This document shows positions 1-10,448 of a stretch of DNA of 64,000 nt, piece by piece. Under the pieces are notes generated by a model. It was not told where the DNA came from. It ran no database searches and saw only the letters and a list, made by a program, of their open reading frames with translations. The DNA is from an uncultured virus (IMG/VR IMGVR_UViG_3300038318_000112) (Duplodnaviria; Heunggongvirae; Uroviricota; Caudoviricetes), in the IMG/VR virus record IMGVR_UViG_3300038318_000112, positions 1 to 64,000 of that record. One strand, 5' to 3'. Every line of letters begins with the position of its first letter. Position 1 is the first letter of the stretch. The position numbers and the translations under genes were made by a program.

Positions 1-613
1 AGTATGAAAACTGAGTGAGCGTACTGGCTTCATCGGAAAACGAATTTGATTCTCTCCCGAATACTTCTTTTTCGGCTGGCAGAGCAAAATAATCATCTGT
101 AGTCTGAGTGCCACTAGAAGCTCCGCCACCTACACCTGATATATTCTTGAATTGTTTGAATATCGGAAGCAATGTAGAAGGAAAAGCGTGCTTGTATATA
201 TCGTTGCACCACGTACGACGTGGGCAATCCTTCCAGCCGCCCGAGTTAGAGCCTGATGAGTTCATCATACCAGTTTCATCAACATTGTTACCAAAGCCAA
301 GCACATTTTTCTGTCCTACAATGAAATTGCACGTGCCTCCAGCCGTAAGAGTTTTTCCTCCGGCATTCATGAGCACGAGCACAATATCTTGAGCCGCATG
401 AGTTTCAGACAATCCTGATACCGTCTGAGCCATTGCTGTAAGAGGAACTGTTCTTTCATCTCCAACAGCCCAGTAATCAGCCAGACTTATAATGCCTGCA
501 TCTGCAGCAGATACCATGTCTGCTATCTCCTGGTCAGTCCCTCCGGCCCACGTAACAATTTTAACCGTACCAGAAGATGAGCCTCCCCTTCTTGTTATAA
601 AAGCATTTCCCAT
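1..613 (-). CDS. DUF6273-type receptor-binding/tail tip protein, 3' end off the window edge
   Basis: Read by hand from ATG at 613: MGNAFITRRGGSSSGTVKIVTWAGGTDQEIADMV...LPAEKEVFGRESNSFSDEASTLTQFSY; colinear with 51413-51978. Confidence 0.85.
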   Translation of the reverse strand, partial: MGNAFITRRGGSSSGTVKIVTWAGGTDQEIADMVSAADAGIISLADYWAVGDERTVPLTAMAQTVSGLSETHAAQDIVLVLMNAGGKTLTAGGTCNFIVGQKNVLGFGNNVDETGMMNSSGSNSGGWKDCPRRTWCNDIYKHAFPSTLLPIFKQFKNISGVGGGASSGTQTTDDYFALPAEKEVFGRESNSFSDEASTLTQFSY

Positions 614-614
614 A

Positions 615-1535
615 TTATCTCACCACCATTATCTGTATTGGTATCACATTAGTGCTAATTTCTTTAGAATATATTGTTAGGGTATTTGCTGATGCCATCA
701 TCTTATATATATTACCATAATCCGCCGCAACATCAGCATTAAAATCCAAAGTAGGTACATAGTCAACAACTGGTTTATCCGTTGTAAGTAATCCTGTAAC
801 TGTAACATCTTGAGTATAGTATCCAGTTTGATCAACCCAAGTTGTTCCAATATTTGCAGTATAGTAAGTTACTGCAGATTTTCCAGTTTGTAATGTATCT
901 ATCTGAGTTTGTAAATGTCCTGCGGTTGTGCCATCCATTGCATTAACAAGGATTGTTTCTATGTGTTCTAAATAATCCTGATAATTTTCAAATACTGTGG
1001 TGGTATCAATTACTTCAGGGTTACAAGTTACTATTCCACATCTTGCAGTATCAAGTCTTGTATCTGTTATTCTAGATAAAGATATTGAAGTTGCAGTTGC
1101 CGGGATATAAATATTTGCTAACCCAAGTTCATAAATATTCCCTGTTGTAGTCAACTCGGGTTGTACTGGAGTAGTTGCCGCAGTACCAGTTAATACATAT
1201 AAATCAACTGATCTAACTTCTGTTGATAAATCTAATCTTGCAACTATGGTATCTATTCGATCATAACTTGCATTTGCGGCCTGTAACTGCATCTCCCTTG
1301 GAGATTCCTCAATCCCAATCGCACCCTCTATAAAACATATCCCTGGATTAACTGTGACATATAATCCAGTTGATGCGGAGGTTGTAACTTGAAAATTAGT
1401 TGACGGATTAGCAAAAACACCATTTTTATAAAAAACATTAAATAAGTGTCTCCAATCTTCCGCCGACATTGGTCTGTCTGCTTGTACTGTTTCCCCGACT
1501 GTAGTTAATATCGAGGTAAAAGGAAAACTATTCAT
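615..1535 (-). CDS. Upper baseplate/tail fibre anchor protein
   Basis: RIDTIVARLDL and YELGLANIYI...ITDTRLD..CG motifs; lies after the Tal-like gene. Confidence 0.75.
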   Translation of the reverse strand: MNSFPFTSILTTVGETVQADRPMSAEDWRHLFNVFYKNGVFANPSTNFQVTTSASTGLYVTVNPGICFIEGAIGIEESPREMQLQAANASYDRIDTIVARLDLSTEVRSVDLYVLTGTAATTPVQPELTTTGNIYELGLANIYIPATATSISLSRITDTRLDTARCGIVTCNPEVIDTTTVFENYQDYLEHIETILVNAMDGTTAGHLQTQIDTLQTGKSAVTYYTANIGTTWVDQTGYYTQDVTVTGLLTTDKPVVDYVPTLDFNADVAADYGNIYKMMASANTLTIYSKEISTNVIPIQIMVVR

Positions 1536-1584
1536 TTTTATTCATTCCCTCCTTTATTGTATTATACAACATAATCATATAAAA

Positions 1585-2724
1585 TTATATATTTTTCTTT
1601 TGTCTTATTTTATTTCCGAATGTTAATGTAAACTCTTGATGGTTCTCTTTCCACACCTCTGCTACCTCAATAATCCTTGCTTGATATTGTACTCCCATTC
1701 GATCAATATTTATAGTTACCTTATCACCTAGATCATAATCAGAAATATAATAAATTACATCTTGCTGAACTACTGCTTCCACATTATTTGCATTTTGATA
1801 ATCTAATAAATATTTTTGACAAGCAAGTGGAATTAAGATAGTTTTTATATAGTCTACTAAGTCCATCCCTGCGGCAGGTAATGCAACTGATTCTTCAGTA
1901 TCAGTAGGGTCTGATAACCCATCCAAAGAAACTGAGGCTGTTATACCCTTATCTCCCGAACCATAACTTCCACGAACATAATAATTTTTATCTGAACAGA
2001 GATCTGAGAAACTTGAAGTTGCTAAACCATCAATCTGAGATGCGTCGGCATAACCTGAGCAAAATGTTTTTAAATTACTGTCATCATAAGTATATTCCAA
2101 AGATGAAATATTACCGAGTTGTCTTGAAAATACCACTGAGTTGGTTTTATCTTTCCCATATTTCAGATTTAACTGGTAGCCATTATTATAACTAACTAAC
2201 ATCCCCATCTGTTGAGTTTGCAGATCGGTATACATTTGATCACCAACTTTATCAAATGATTTAAACTCAATTAATTTTTTACTTGATGGAAAATATTCAG
2301 ATTGTGGAATGACAGTAACCGGGACCCCCAAATGACCCAATACATCGTTATATCTTGCTTGAGTAATTTCAGCATACGTAGTAATATCCTCCACGTTTAC
2401 TGCGTCATAATAACTATCACCAACATAGGTTTCATAGTTAGTAGGATAATTATTTAACCAATTTTCTAAGAAAAATCCGGATAATGTAATAAAATCACCA
2501 TCTATTTTCTCCTCATATTTTAATTTCTGAATAATGCCAGTTTCGGGTCTTGTTCCATGATCATCTGCAACTTTTAAGTATTTAATATTTTCATCATAAT
2601 CTTCAGCTCTCATATATAGGCTAAAATCACCACACTCGTAATATTTACGATTCCAACCTAATTCTATAAAATTGCTATAATTACCTATTGCTACAAAGTT
2701 TGAGTTTAATCCAATTATATTCAT
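1585..2724 (-). CDS. Siphovirus ReqiPepy6 Gp37-like tail hub/Tal protein
   Basis: WNRKYYECGDFSL at N-terminus and DYDLGDKVTI...LTFG at C-terminus; position after Dit. Confidence 0.8.
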   Translation of the reverse strand: MNIIGLNSNFVAIGNYSNFIELGWNRKYYECGDFSLYMRAEDYDENIKYLKVADDHGTRPETGIIQKLKYEEKIDGDFITLSGFFLENWLNNYPTNYETYVGDSYYDAVNVEDITTYAEITQARYNDVLGHLGVPVTVIPQSEYFPSSKKLIEFKSFDKVGDQMYTDLQTQQMGMLVSYNNGYQLNLKYGKDKTNSVVFSRQLGNISSLEYTYDDSNLKTFCSGYADASQIDGLATSSFSDLCSDKNYYVRGSYGSGDKGITASVSLDGLSDPTDTEESVALPAAGMDLVDYIKTILIPLACQKYLLDYQNANNVEAVVQQDVIYYISDYDLGDKVTINIDRMGVQYQARIIEVAEVWKENHQEFTLTFGNKIRQKKNI

Positions 2725-2730
2725 AATTTT

Positions 2731-3615
2731 TTACATCCCCATATAAGTTGCTGACCAACTATAAGTTGCCGCAAAGTTTTGATTTCCATCAGCATCTGAC
2801 ATAGTTAAACTATTGTCTCCGAATGTCATATATAGTTTGCTCATCCCGCTTATCGAATCGACATAGTATTGTGGTGACATTGCGGTTCCATTTAATGTCA
2901 CTGAGTTTGGTGTAACCACCACCACATCTCCAGATACAAATTGATAATTTATTGTTATTAGCGCATGATCTCCATTTGAGTTATAAAAGTTTATGATCAA
3001 TTCATTTCCGGCTCCGCTAAACTTAATGGATATTGTAAAGGGGCTCTTTTGAGTACCTCCATAATATATAGGTTTTGAGGATACACTGGTATAAGTTGAT
3101 AAAGCATCTTTCTTTAAATTGGTATCAGTCACCACATAAGGAAAATACATCAATTTAATTTTATCTGAATAATCATTTGTGTAACTTTCTGAACCCTTTA
3201 AATAAGGATCCGGAGAAAGGAATTGTACTTTCATATTTAGTGGACTGGTTTGTCTTTCGCTTGGTAATGAGAATTCCTGTAATCTTACATTATCTGCATA
3301 TCTAGTTTGACCTTGGTAAGTAAAATATAAAGTATAAATAAATGTATGGTTGAAAAATGATATTGCTTTATACCTTTGTAATGCCCGATCACTTCCTGCT
3401 TTAGTTCTGCATGATATGGTAACCTCTCTTGAAGTTGCTCTAATGCCAGTTACTATATCACCATCTCCAAAACCTTTCTTGGCGGTAAATACCTCAAATC
3501 CGGCATTATCAATTCCCTCCAATCCATCTGCTAATATGCACCAATCGGAATCACAAAAATTAAAAACCTTATTATCTGATCTAACTGCTTTTACTGTTAT
3601 TTCATTTTTTGCCAT
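2731..3615 (-). CDS. Distal tail (Dit) protein
   Basis: Immediately downstream of TMP; GDG..G.R...REVTI and F..PDPY motifs. Confidence 0.75.
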   Translation of the reverse strand: MAKNEITVKAVRSDNKVFNFCDSDWCILADGLEGIDNAGFEVFTAKKGFGDGDIVTGIRATSREVTISCRTKAGSDRALQRYKAISFFNHTFIYTLYFTYQGQTRYADNVRLQEFSLPSERQTSPLNMKVQFLSPDPYLKGSESYTNDYSDKIKLMYFPYVVTDTNLKKDALSTYTSVSSKPIYYGGTQKSPFTISIKFSGAGNELIINFYNSNGDHALITINYQFVSGDVVVVTPNSVTLNGTAMSPQYYVDSISGMSKLYMTFGDNSLTMSDADGNQNFAATYSWSATYMGM

Positions 3616-5625
3616 TTAATCCGCCCCCAGTAATCCAAAGGTATTGTAATTCTTTAACTGTCTTGCAGTTTCAACCGGAGTTTGAACTGGCTGGTTAAAG
3701 TTCACCGTCTGATTATATGTTGCAATTGCTTTTTCTTGATCATTATTTCTTGATCCGGATAAAGCAGTTAATGACTGAGCATCAGTATAAAGTTGATCAT
3801 CCAATCCGGACATTGAATCAATAACAGTAGTGCCCATTCTTTGTGCTTTTGCAACGGCATAATCTGTAGTATCTTCTATGCCATTTCCAAGACCTTCAAC
3901 TAAATATCTTCCTATCTTAGCAAATACTTTTGATGGAGATTTTTCACCAAATATTGATTTAACCTTATTAACAATTTTACTTGCTAATCCGCCCACCTTA
4001 CCAATAATCCAACTGACTTTTGAAGCTAAACCTCTCCAAAGCCCCGATATTAAATTAGCTCCGGCGGATACCATTGCAGATACTTTTGATTTAATCGCAC
4101 TCGCAAGTCTACCCGGAATTGATTTTACAAAACTTATTCCATGACTCATTTTTGATTTTAGTCCTGTCCAAAGTTTCATAAGTAATTGAGCTCCAGCAGA
4201 AATCATTGCCGCAAACCCGGACCTAACTTCCTTAGGTAATGACATAATAAATGATCTAAAGTTCCCGGCAACTGTAGATACTTTTGACTTCATACCTTTC
4301 CAAAGTTCACCTAAAAACTTTGCACCTAGCATAAATAATTTATATATGATTTCATTGAATCCTATATAAATTCCATTTAGTATTGCTAATATTAATTTTG
4401 CTCCTGCAACTAAAAGTACCGGAGTCATTTTTAGTAAAGCCCCCACTATCTTTGGAATAATCTCAACAATCTTCGCTATAACGTCAGGCAGTTTAGCAGT
4501 AATCTTATCAATAAACCCAGGAATTTTATCTGAGATATTATTTATGAACTCTGTTGCTTTTCCGATTTTATCTGGTAGTTCAAGGAATCCATTTTTTATA
4601 GCATCCAGCGCTTGTTTCCATCCACCACATATTGAAATAAATGATGCTATTGCTGCAACAATTCCAATAATCCATCCTACTGGATTTGTAAGTAACACTC
4701 CAGAAATAACTGTCATGATTGTTTTGATTATTGATATTATAGCACTGAATTTTGATATTGCCCATGCCGCAAAGAATGCAGTTGCTAAACCCGTAAGTAA
4801 TGGAGCTATAATTTTTATATGTGCTTCCACAAAACTGACTAAATTAATTGCCGCAGGAAGTAATATATTGCTAAGGAAATTACTTAATGGCTGAAAAAAC
4901 ATTCCAAGCATTTCATTGACATTATCTTTTAATGTTGAAAGTCGGCCATTTAAAGTTTGTGACTGCTTTTCCATTGATTGATAAAACTGTCCACCTTTAC
5001 TGGTTGCACGTTCCATTGATTTAGTAATTTCATCAACTTTTAATGTTCCTTTGGATATTCTATCATAAAGGCTACTCATACTTTCTCCGGTTGATTCACT
5101 TATCTCTTTTAAAGGGTTAAACCCACCATTGATCATCTGCTTTATATCCTGTAGATTTACTTTTCCTGCCGAACTCATTTGAGCATAACCAGTTGCTATA
5201 GATTGCATCTTTTCCGCTGAACCTTGTGATACGTCACCCAACATCTGCATTTTATCTATAGCATCATCCGCAGTAAATCCATACTGCATGAGTAATTGTG
5301 TAGCCTGTGCTATATCGGTCATTTCAAATGGAGTTTCTGCCGCAATTTTTCTGAGTTCATTTGTAACTTCTAAACCCTTTTGAGCTGATCCTGTCATAAC
5401 TTCGAATGAAGTTGTATACTGTTCCATTTGAGCATTATATTTTATGGCATGTGCCGCAACCCCCGCAAGGGCTACACCCACTCCAGCTATTGCTAAATCG
5501 GCTTTGGAAAATGCACTTGCCGAACTTGTGCCGGCATTTGATAATGAACTTTCTAAATTCTTAGATTCATTTAATGCTCCTGAATCATCAAGTTTAGTTT
5601 CAATTGTAACTATACCATCAGCCAT
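3616..5625 (-). CDS. Tape measure protein
   Basis: MADG start, AAETPFE tape-measure domain, Trp/Gly periodic helices, SPSKVF motif. Confidence 0.92.
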   Translation of the reverse strand: MADGIVTIETKLDDSGALNESKNLESSLSNAGTSSASAFSKADLAIAGVGVALAGVAAHAIKYNAQMEQYTTSFEVMTGSAQKGLEVTNELRKIAAETPFEMTDIAQATQLLMQYGFTADDAIDKMQMLGDVSQGSAEKMQSIATGYAQMSSAGKVNLQDIKQMINGGFNPLKEISESTGESMSSLYDRISKGTLKVDEITKSMERATSKGGQFYQSMEKQSQTLNGRLSTLKDNVNEMLGMFFQPLSNFLSNILLPAAINLVSFVEAHIKIIAPLLTGLATAFFAAWAISKFSAIISIIKTIMTVISGVLLTNPVGWIIGIVAAIASFISICGGWKQALDAIKNGFLELPDKIGKATEFINNISDKIPGFIDKITAKLPDVIAKIVEIIPKIVGALLKMTPVLLVAGAKLILAILNGIYIGFNEIIYKLFMLGAKFLGELWKGMKSKVSTVAGNFRSFIMSLPKEVRSGFAAMISAGAQLLMKLWTGLKSKMSHGISFVKSIPGRLASAIKSKVSAMVSAGANLISGLWRGLASKVSWIIGKVGGLASKIVNKVKSIFGEKSPSKVFAKIGRYLVEGLGNGIEDTTDYAVAKAQRMGTTVIDSMSGLDDQLYTDAQSLTALSGSRNNDQEKAIATYNQTVNFNQPVQTPVETARQLKNYNTFGLLGAD

Positions 5626-5648
5626 TTTCCTCACCTCACATTCTTTAA

Positions 5649-6203
5649 TTAGCAGTTATAAAATAATTTATTGATTTCTTCAATTTCTTCTTTTTCTTCT
5701 AATTTCTGTTTTTCGATATTCTCTACTCCATCCAAACTCCAAACTTTTTTCATCTCTTGCATAAACTGATCTTCTGTTTTCTTGCTTCTTATATAAGACC
5801 GGTATCCCATGATTTTTTTCATTTTTGAATCATCAGGAAGACCGATCAATAATGCTTTGAATAGGTGCCAGTGTAAATTATCTAAGGTTAGGTTAATTCT
5901 GTATTCTTTATAAAAAGAAGATATTAGATATTCACTGTCAAACTTATAGTCAATTAGTTTTTCGGAGGAACTTTGTTGCGTAGTCCTTGGCAAAGGATTA
6001 TCATTGATATAAAACGCTAACAATTCCTTAGAAAAATCTACATCTGGCACCACATCAGTAAACAAGAAGGCTAAGTCATATAAATGAGGTTTATCTTTTA
6101 ATATCTGATCAAACTTTATCCAATACCGGAAATCTGTATTAATCAAATATTCTTTATCCTCAACTATTATTGAGTTTTGTAATGGTGCAGTTAAATCTAT
6201 CAT
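5649..6203 (-). CDS. A118 Gp15-family tail assembly chaperone
   Basis: INTDFRYWI, LHWHLFKALL, IMGYR motifs; precedes TMP. Confidence 0.85.
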   Translation of the reverse strand: MIDLTAPLQNSIIVEDKEYLINTDFRYWIKFDQILKDKPHLYDLAFLFTDVVPDVDFSKELLAFYINDNPLPRTTQQSSSEKLIDYKFDSEYLISSFYKEYRINLTLDNLHWHLFKALLIGLPDDSKMKKIMGYRSYIRSKKTEDQFMQEMKKVWSLDGVENIEKQKLEEKEEIEEINKLFYNC

Positions 6204-6565
6204 TTTGTATTCATTTTCTCAGTGGTTTTAACCACTTCAATTAATTTATCAATATCATATTTTTTTAACTGATCCTGAGTTTGGTCAGACTGGTAATCAT
6301 TCAATGGGGTCTGATACTGATTTACAATTTCTAAATAAATTATATTTAAAATATTTGGGTCAATGTCTTTAAACTCACCCATCAGCTCTATAACTGATTC
6401 TTTACCGAGAAGTTCCGAACATAAATTATACATTGATCTACATCTATCTCTGTATTTTTGATTCCCACCATTTAGCAGATTTTGACCTTCGATTTTTTCT
6501 GCTATCTGCATACTATATTTTGGAAGGCTATATGTTTTGCCCTCAATCGTTATTGAATAATCCAT
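6200..6565 (-). CDS. Tail assembly chaperone
   Basis: Position between tail tube and Gp15; ATGA overlap with next gene. Confidence 0.6.
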   Translation of the reverse strand: MDYSITIEGKTYSLPKYSMQIAEKIEGQNLLNGGNQKYRDRCRSMYNLCSELLGKESVIELMGEFKDIDPNILNIIYLEIVNQYQTPLNDYQSDQTQDQLKKYDIDKLIEVVKTTEKMNTK

Positions 6566-6600
6566 TATTATCTGACCTCCTTGTTAAATGTTTAGTGAGT

Positions 6601-7092
6601 TTATATGGTTGGAGTTGCCGTAAATGTTGGAACCCCATCTGTGATCGTATAGGTTCCCTTGGTAATATCTCCACCCATCTTCAGTGTGAATGTTAATACA
6701 CCATCAACTGTATTCAATTTCTTTTCTGTGAGTGTCGCAACACCCTCCCATGCAACTTTTCCTGTTCCGCCAAAGCAGATCAAGAATGGTACTTTACATT
6801 CATCCCCAACTGGCATATCCTCAAACTCGGCAATCATGAAGTCATACATTGGATTTCCTTCATACAATGCTATTTCCTGGGGAAGTTCTGGTTTATTCGA
6901 AGTTACCTCCGTCACTGCATTTTCATAACAGATATAATCCATATCCTCTTCCTTCTCACCCATTGCAAGTTCGAAGATTGTGGAAAAATCTATTCTTTTC
7001 CAAGTGCAGTTTGTAAATGTTGTATCTTTTGCCGTATCAAGAAATGGTATAAACTTATTTCTTGTAAGTTTAGTCATTGTTGTACCTGCCAT
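6601..7092 (-). CDS. Major tail tube protein
   Basis: 163 aa, acidic, synteny, C-terminal GT.TI.DG.PTF. Confidence 0.8.
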   Translation of the reverse strand: MAGTTMTKLTRNKFIPFLDTAKDTTFTNCTWKRIDFSTIFELAMGEKEEDMDYICYENAVTEVTSNKPELPQEIALYEGNPMYDFMIAEFEDMPVGDECKVPFLICFGGTGKVAWEGVATLTEKKLNTVDGVLTFTLKMGGDITKGTYTITDGVPTFTATPTI

Positions 7093-7530
7093 TTAATTTA
7101 CCTCCTTTATATGTAAATAAGATATTCTATATTGGCCCTGATATTTTGCGAGGTTCTCGTCTGTATCAACCGATACTCCCGGGTTAGTTTCAAGAACCTC
7201 AATGTTAGAAATCACGTCCGTCCCAAAGTCTGGAAATGATTCAGCGTTATTTTGTTTTTCAATCCAATCGGAAATATTTTCAAATTCCTCCATGGCTTCC
7301 ATATTAATATCACTTGTTCCGGAATCAAAATATGTGATCAGGTTTATAGCAAATACTAATTCTACTTCAGCATCACCATTATTGAATATTGCACTTGTTC
7401 TTTGATTCTGAACACTATTTAATGATATTGATCCGGCATCAACTGGAGTTACGTTAAAGTATATCCAATTAGTGCTTAATGGTGTATATCCTTTTAGCCA
7501 TATTGCAATTCTATCATATTTATTGATCAT
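7093..7530 (-). CDS. Tail terminator/neck protein
   Basis: Synteny; AKYQGQYRISY C-terminal motif. Confidence 0.65.
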   Translation of the reverse strand: MINKYDRIAIWLKGYTPLSTNWIYFNVTPVDAGSISLNSVQNQRTSAIFNNGDAEVELVFAINLITYFDSGTSDINMEAMEEFENISDWIEKQNNAESFPDFGTDVISNIEVLETNPGVSVDTDENLAKYQGQYRISYLHIKEVN

Positions 7531-7531
7531 T

Positions 7532-7873
7532 CTATATCATTCCTTTTATGTATGCAGTAAGTTCATTTGATAATTGATTCGCTCTTGCAGTTATCATTGG
7601 TTTTTCCCAATGTGCTGTTGCAAGTGGATGTTTATCCTTACTAAAGTGCATCCCATTCCCTTGATAGACATAAGTTGCGTAGGGTTGCTCATAGGTGACA
7701 TTGAATGGTGTAACTATTACAGTTTGTGCCAGCATTCCAGTATCCATTGGGACATAAGGTTCCATGAATTTTCTACACTCACTTGCCATAAATAATCCCA
7801 CTTTATCAGATTTACATATATTATTGATTTTTTTATAAACACCTGTAAAATCTGTTCTTACTATTGCTGACAT
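7532..7873 (-). CDS. Neck protein (A118 'minor capsid' family)
   Basis: PYVPMDTG.L, PYA.Y.Y.G, HPLATAHW motifs. Confidence 0.75.
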   Translation of the reverse strand: MSAIVRTDFTGVYKKINNICKSDKVGLFMASECRKFMEPYVPMDTGMLAQTVIVTPFNVTYEQPYATYVYQGNGMHFSKDKHPLATAHWEKPMITARANQLSNELTAYIKGMI

Positions 7874-7876
7874 AAT

Positions 7877-8287
7877 CTATACACCACTCAATCTCAACTG
7901 TATTGTTGCCCCACATTTCTGAGGAACTTCATCAATTGATCGAACCTCACATACATTTGGTTCATATTGATTCCTTAATCTAACTATAGTTGTTGGTGTA
8001 ATTTCATCAGTAAGTTCAATTCCTAAGAACACCACATCCCCTTGACTTACTGTGAACTTTGTGTCTCTCTCAGCAGATGCTTTCCAGTCAAGATATGGGA
8101 GATAAATTCCGGTAAATGGGATCAGTATAGTATAGGACTGACTCATGGATATATCACTACCAACAACATTAGTAACCTTTTGCTGAGAATATTTTATATC
8201 TTTAAAAATATATTTGTACCAGACATCCAACCCGGTTGTACTATCTGATTTTTTTAACTTGCTACATAAAGTGATACTATTCAACAT
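7877..8287 (-). CDS. Head closure protein
   Basis: Synteny after connector; FT...GD.V.LG motif. Confidence 0.6.
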   Translation of the reverse strand: MLNSITLCSKLKKSDSTTGLDVWYKYIFKDIKYSQQKVTNVVGSDISMSQSYTILIPFTGIYLPYLDWKASAERDTKFTVSQGDVVFLGIELTDEITPTTIVRLRNQYEPNVCEVRSIDEVPQKCGATIQLRLSGV

Positions 8288-8636
8288 ATATACCACCCCT
8301 ATAGATGTATTCAGGTCTCAAATATATTTTACAAAGTTCAAATACTTTTGAAGTATTATTCTTTACGCTATTACTGGATGAGTTATAGGAAAAACTTTCT
8401 ATACCATCTGAATAACTGGATATTGATTCGTCTCGGTTAATGTCTACAGAATCAAGATAATCTATAACCCTTGTTTCAAGTAATCCTAAATTATCCGGAA
8501 ATGTTGTTAAATCCTCTAACCTGTGATCAGTGCAGTAATTTATCAATACCTCAGCATCTGGTTGCAAAATATCAAAGGCGGATTCTGAACACTTTCCCCC
8601 ATTACCAACATAGTCAGTAAAAGTCAAATAAGCCAT
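8277..8636 (-). CDS. Head-tail connector (adaptor)
   Basis: MAYLTF.DY...GG, S.S.G..S.SY, YRG motifs. Confidence 0.75.
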   Translation of the reverse strand: MAYLTFTDYVGNGGKCSESAFDILQPDAEVLINYCTDHRLEDLTTFPDNLGLLETRVIDYLDSVDINRDESISSYSDGIESFSYNSSSNSVKNNTSKVFELCKIYLRPEYIYRGGIYVE

Positions 8637-8651
8637 AAATCCGCCCCCTAA

Positions 8652-8798
8652 CTATTTCGACTCCTTTGAGTCTGTTTTAACTTCTTTCTTTGGAGTTACT
8701 TTTTCTGTAACTTCCTTGCCCCCGTATTCAAGATACTGTTTAGCAATTTCATCAGTTGCAGGTTCCACAATAACTCCAGTTTCAAGTATAATCTTCAT
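8652..8798 (-). CDS. Small capsid-adjacent protein (48 aa)
   Basis: Read by hand: MKIILETGVIVEPATDEIAKQYLEYGGKEV...; AGGAG RBS. Confidence 0.6.
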   Translation of the reverse strand: MKIILETGVIVEPATDEIAKQYLEYGGKEVTEKVTPKKEVKTDSKESK

Positions 8799-8829
8799 AG
8801 TGTCTCCTTATTATCTACTCTTCTTGCTC

Positions 8830-9675
8830 TTATACTACCGGTGTATAAGTAAGGATTGTTTCCGGAGTAACCGCTTTCGTGCCATAGTAGAAGAACATTT
8901 CTACTGCCATATCTTCGGAAAGTGGAATTCTTTCTGCCGCATACGGGCTGGACATTACTGGCTGAGCGATTGAACTGTTCATCATAAGTTCAAACTTTGT
9001 GCCACTCGGAAGTCTGTTCGAGCTATATGCCGGTACTCCATGGAATGCTATAAACTCTTCCACTGCCGTATTTACGTTTGAATTGGATACGGTATCAAGA
9101 TACTTTCTGATCGAGGAATAATAAGTTGCATCCATTACCACTTTCATCATATCTCTATTGATACCATCAATATAGCTATTTTTAAGTGTTTCAAGTGTTA
9201 CGATTGCTTCCTCAAGAATATCCTGTGCCGCAGTTGTACCACTTGCTGGAGTAAATGCCGTTCCTGATGTTTTACCTTCTGCGAAGAATGCGGTATCAAG
9301 TTCTGCCGCCATTCTAAGTGCATGGTTTGCTGATCTCTTTGCGAGTAACCCATCTACACCAATGAGTTTAACATCTTTCTCTGCTATCTCTTCTACAAAT
9401 TCCTTATTCTGATCAATTGAGATTGTTACCGGCTTACCAGTGATTCCATCACCTTTACCCGCAGTTCTTGCTGTTCCATAAGTTTTGGAAGTTGCGTTCT
9501 CAAATCTCTTTGCCTCTACTGTTCCTGCCTGTGGATCGCCTGACAGATCAGTATTTTTCATACCGACTGAAATTGCCATCTTCTGTACGTTCTCGATAAC
9601 GCCATCATACATTTCTGCAAGAAGCATCTTCCCCGAAGGATCAAGCAGTGCACTGAGTGAATCTAATCTTGCCAT
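8830..9675 (-). CDS. Major capsid protein
   Basis: 281 aa after scaffold; LSGDPQAGTVEAKRF and YGTKAVTPE motifs. Confidence 0.85.
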   Translation of the reverse strand: MARLDSLSALLDPSGKMLLAEMYDGVIENVQKMAISVGMKNTDLSGDPQAGTVEAKRFENATSKTYGTARTAGKGDGITGKPVTISIDQNKEFVEEIAEKDVKLIGVDGLLAKRSANHALRMAAELDTAFFAEGKTSGTAFTPASGTTAAQDILEEAIVTLETLKNSYIDGINRDMMKVVMDATYYSSIRKYLDTVSNSNVNTAVEEFIAFHGVPAYSSNRLPSGTKFELMMNSSIAQPVMSSPYAAERIPLSEDMAVEMFFYYGTKAVTPETILTYTPVV

Positions 9676-9704
9676 AATTAATCTTCCTTTCGATTATTGG
9701 CCTC

Positions 9705-10346
9705 TTACCATACAAGAGGTCTTTCTTTTGGTTCAGGGGGTTCATCATCATCGCCATCAAGTTTAGTGTTTTTAGTAGTTATTTTTGGTGGTTTTGGTTT
9801 TGAATCATCATCTGGATTAGGCTCCGTAATAAATGCCCCTGAATCTTCTTCTTTGTACTTATCTACATAATCATCAAATCCAAGTAGTGTATCTCCGTCC
9901 ATTTTGAGATCTTTGGAAATCACATCTTCTAAAAATGCCTTTTTAGCTGAATTAGAACTAAACTTCAATGTATTTGCTTTCTCTTTGATAGCAAACTCAT
10001 ATCTCTGTTTTGCCAAATCTGTCTGATACTTTGTTTTGTCCTCTTCATATTTAGTATTGAGTGTATCAAACTGATTTTGTAAATCAGTAAGTTTTGTTGC
10101 ATCCTCTCCAGCATTTTCAAGCTGACTTTTGAGTCCGGCTAAATCTTCATCTCTGGATTTAATATCCTGATCGTATTTTGATTTAATCGTATCTCTTTCC
10201 TTTTCCGCCTTGTCAAGTTTGGTTTTAACCCCATCAAGTTCATTTACAGTCTTGTAATTTTCATTAAGGGCTTTATCAAACTTTTCTTTGTTCTCTTCTG
10301 TAACTTCAACTCCTACAGATTTTAGAATATCGTAGATATTTTTCAT
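9705..10346 (-). CDS. Capsid scaffolding protein (Gp20-like)
   Basis: Acidic/Lys coiled coil preceding MCP. Confidence 0.8.
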   Translation of the reverse strand: MKNIYDILKSVGVEVTEENKEKFDKALNENYKTVNELDGVKTKLDKAEKERDTIKSKYDQDIKSRDEDLAGLKSQLENAGEDATKLTDLQNQFDTLNTKYEEDKTKYQTDLAKQRYEFAIKEKANTLKFSSNSAKKAFLEDVISKDLKMDGDTLLGFDDYVDKYKEEDSGAFITEPNPDDDSKPKPPKITTKNTKLDGDDDEPPEPKERPLVW

Positions 10347-10411
10347 TTTATATTTCCTCCCTAAAATGATATTTATAGTGATTTTTCATCACTCAGGTTT
10401 TATTTATTAAT

Positions 10412-10440
10412 ATTATAATACATTATGTTTTAAATGTAAA
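10412..10440 (-). promoter_or_regulatory. sigmaA-like promoter upstream of scaffold/MCP
   Basis: TTTACA-17 nt-TATAAT on minus strand. Confidence 0.55.
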
Positions 10441-10448
10441 TATAATTT

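Noticed and set aside
5649..6565. Frameshifted chaperone pair in phage A
   Set aside because: The genes overlap by ATGA and the second has its own start; no clear slippery heptamer was seen.
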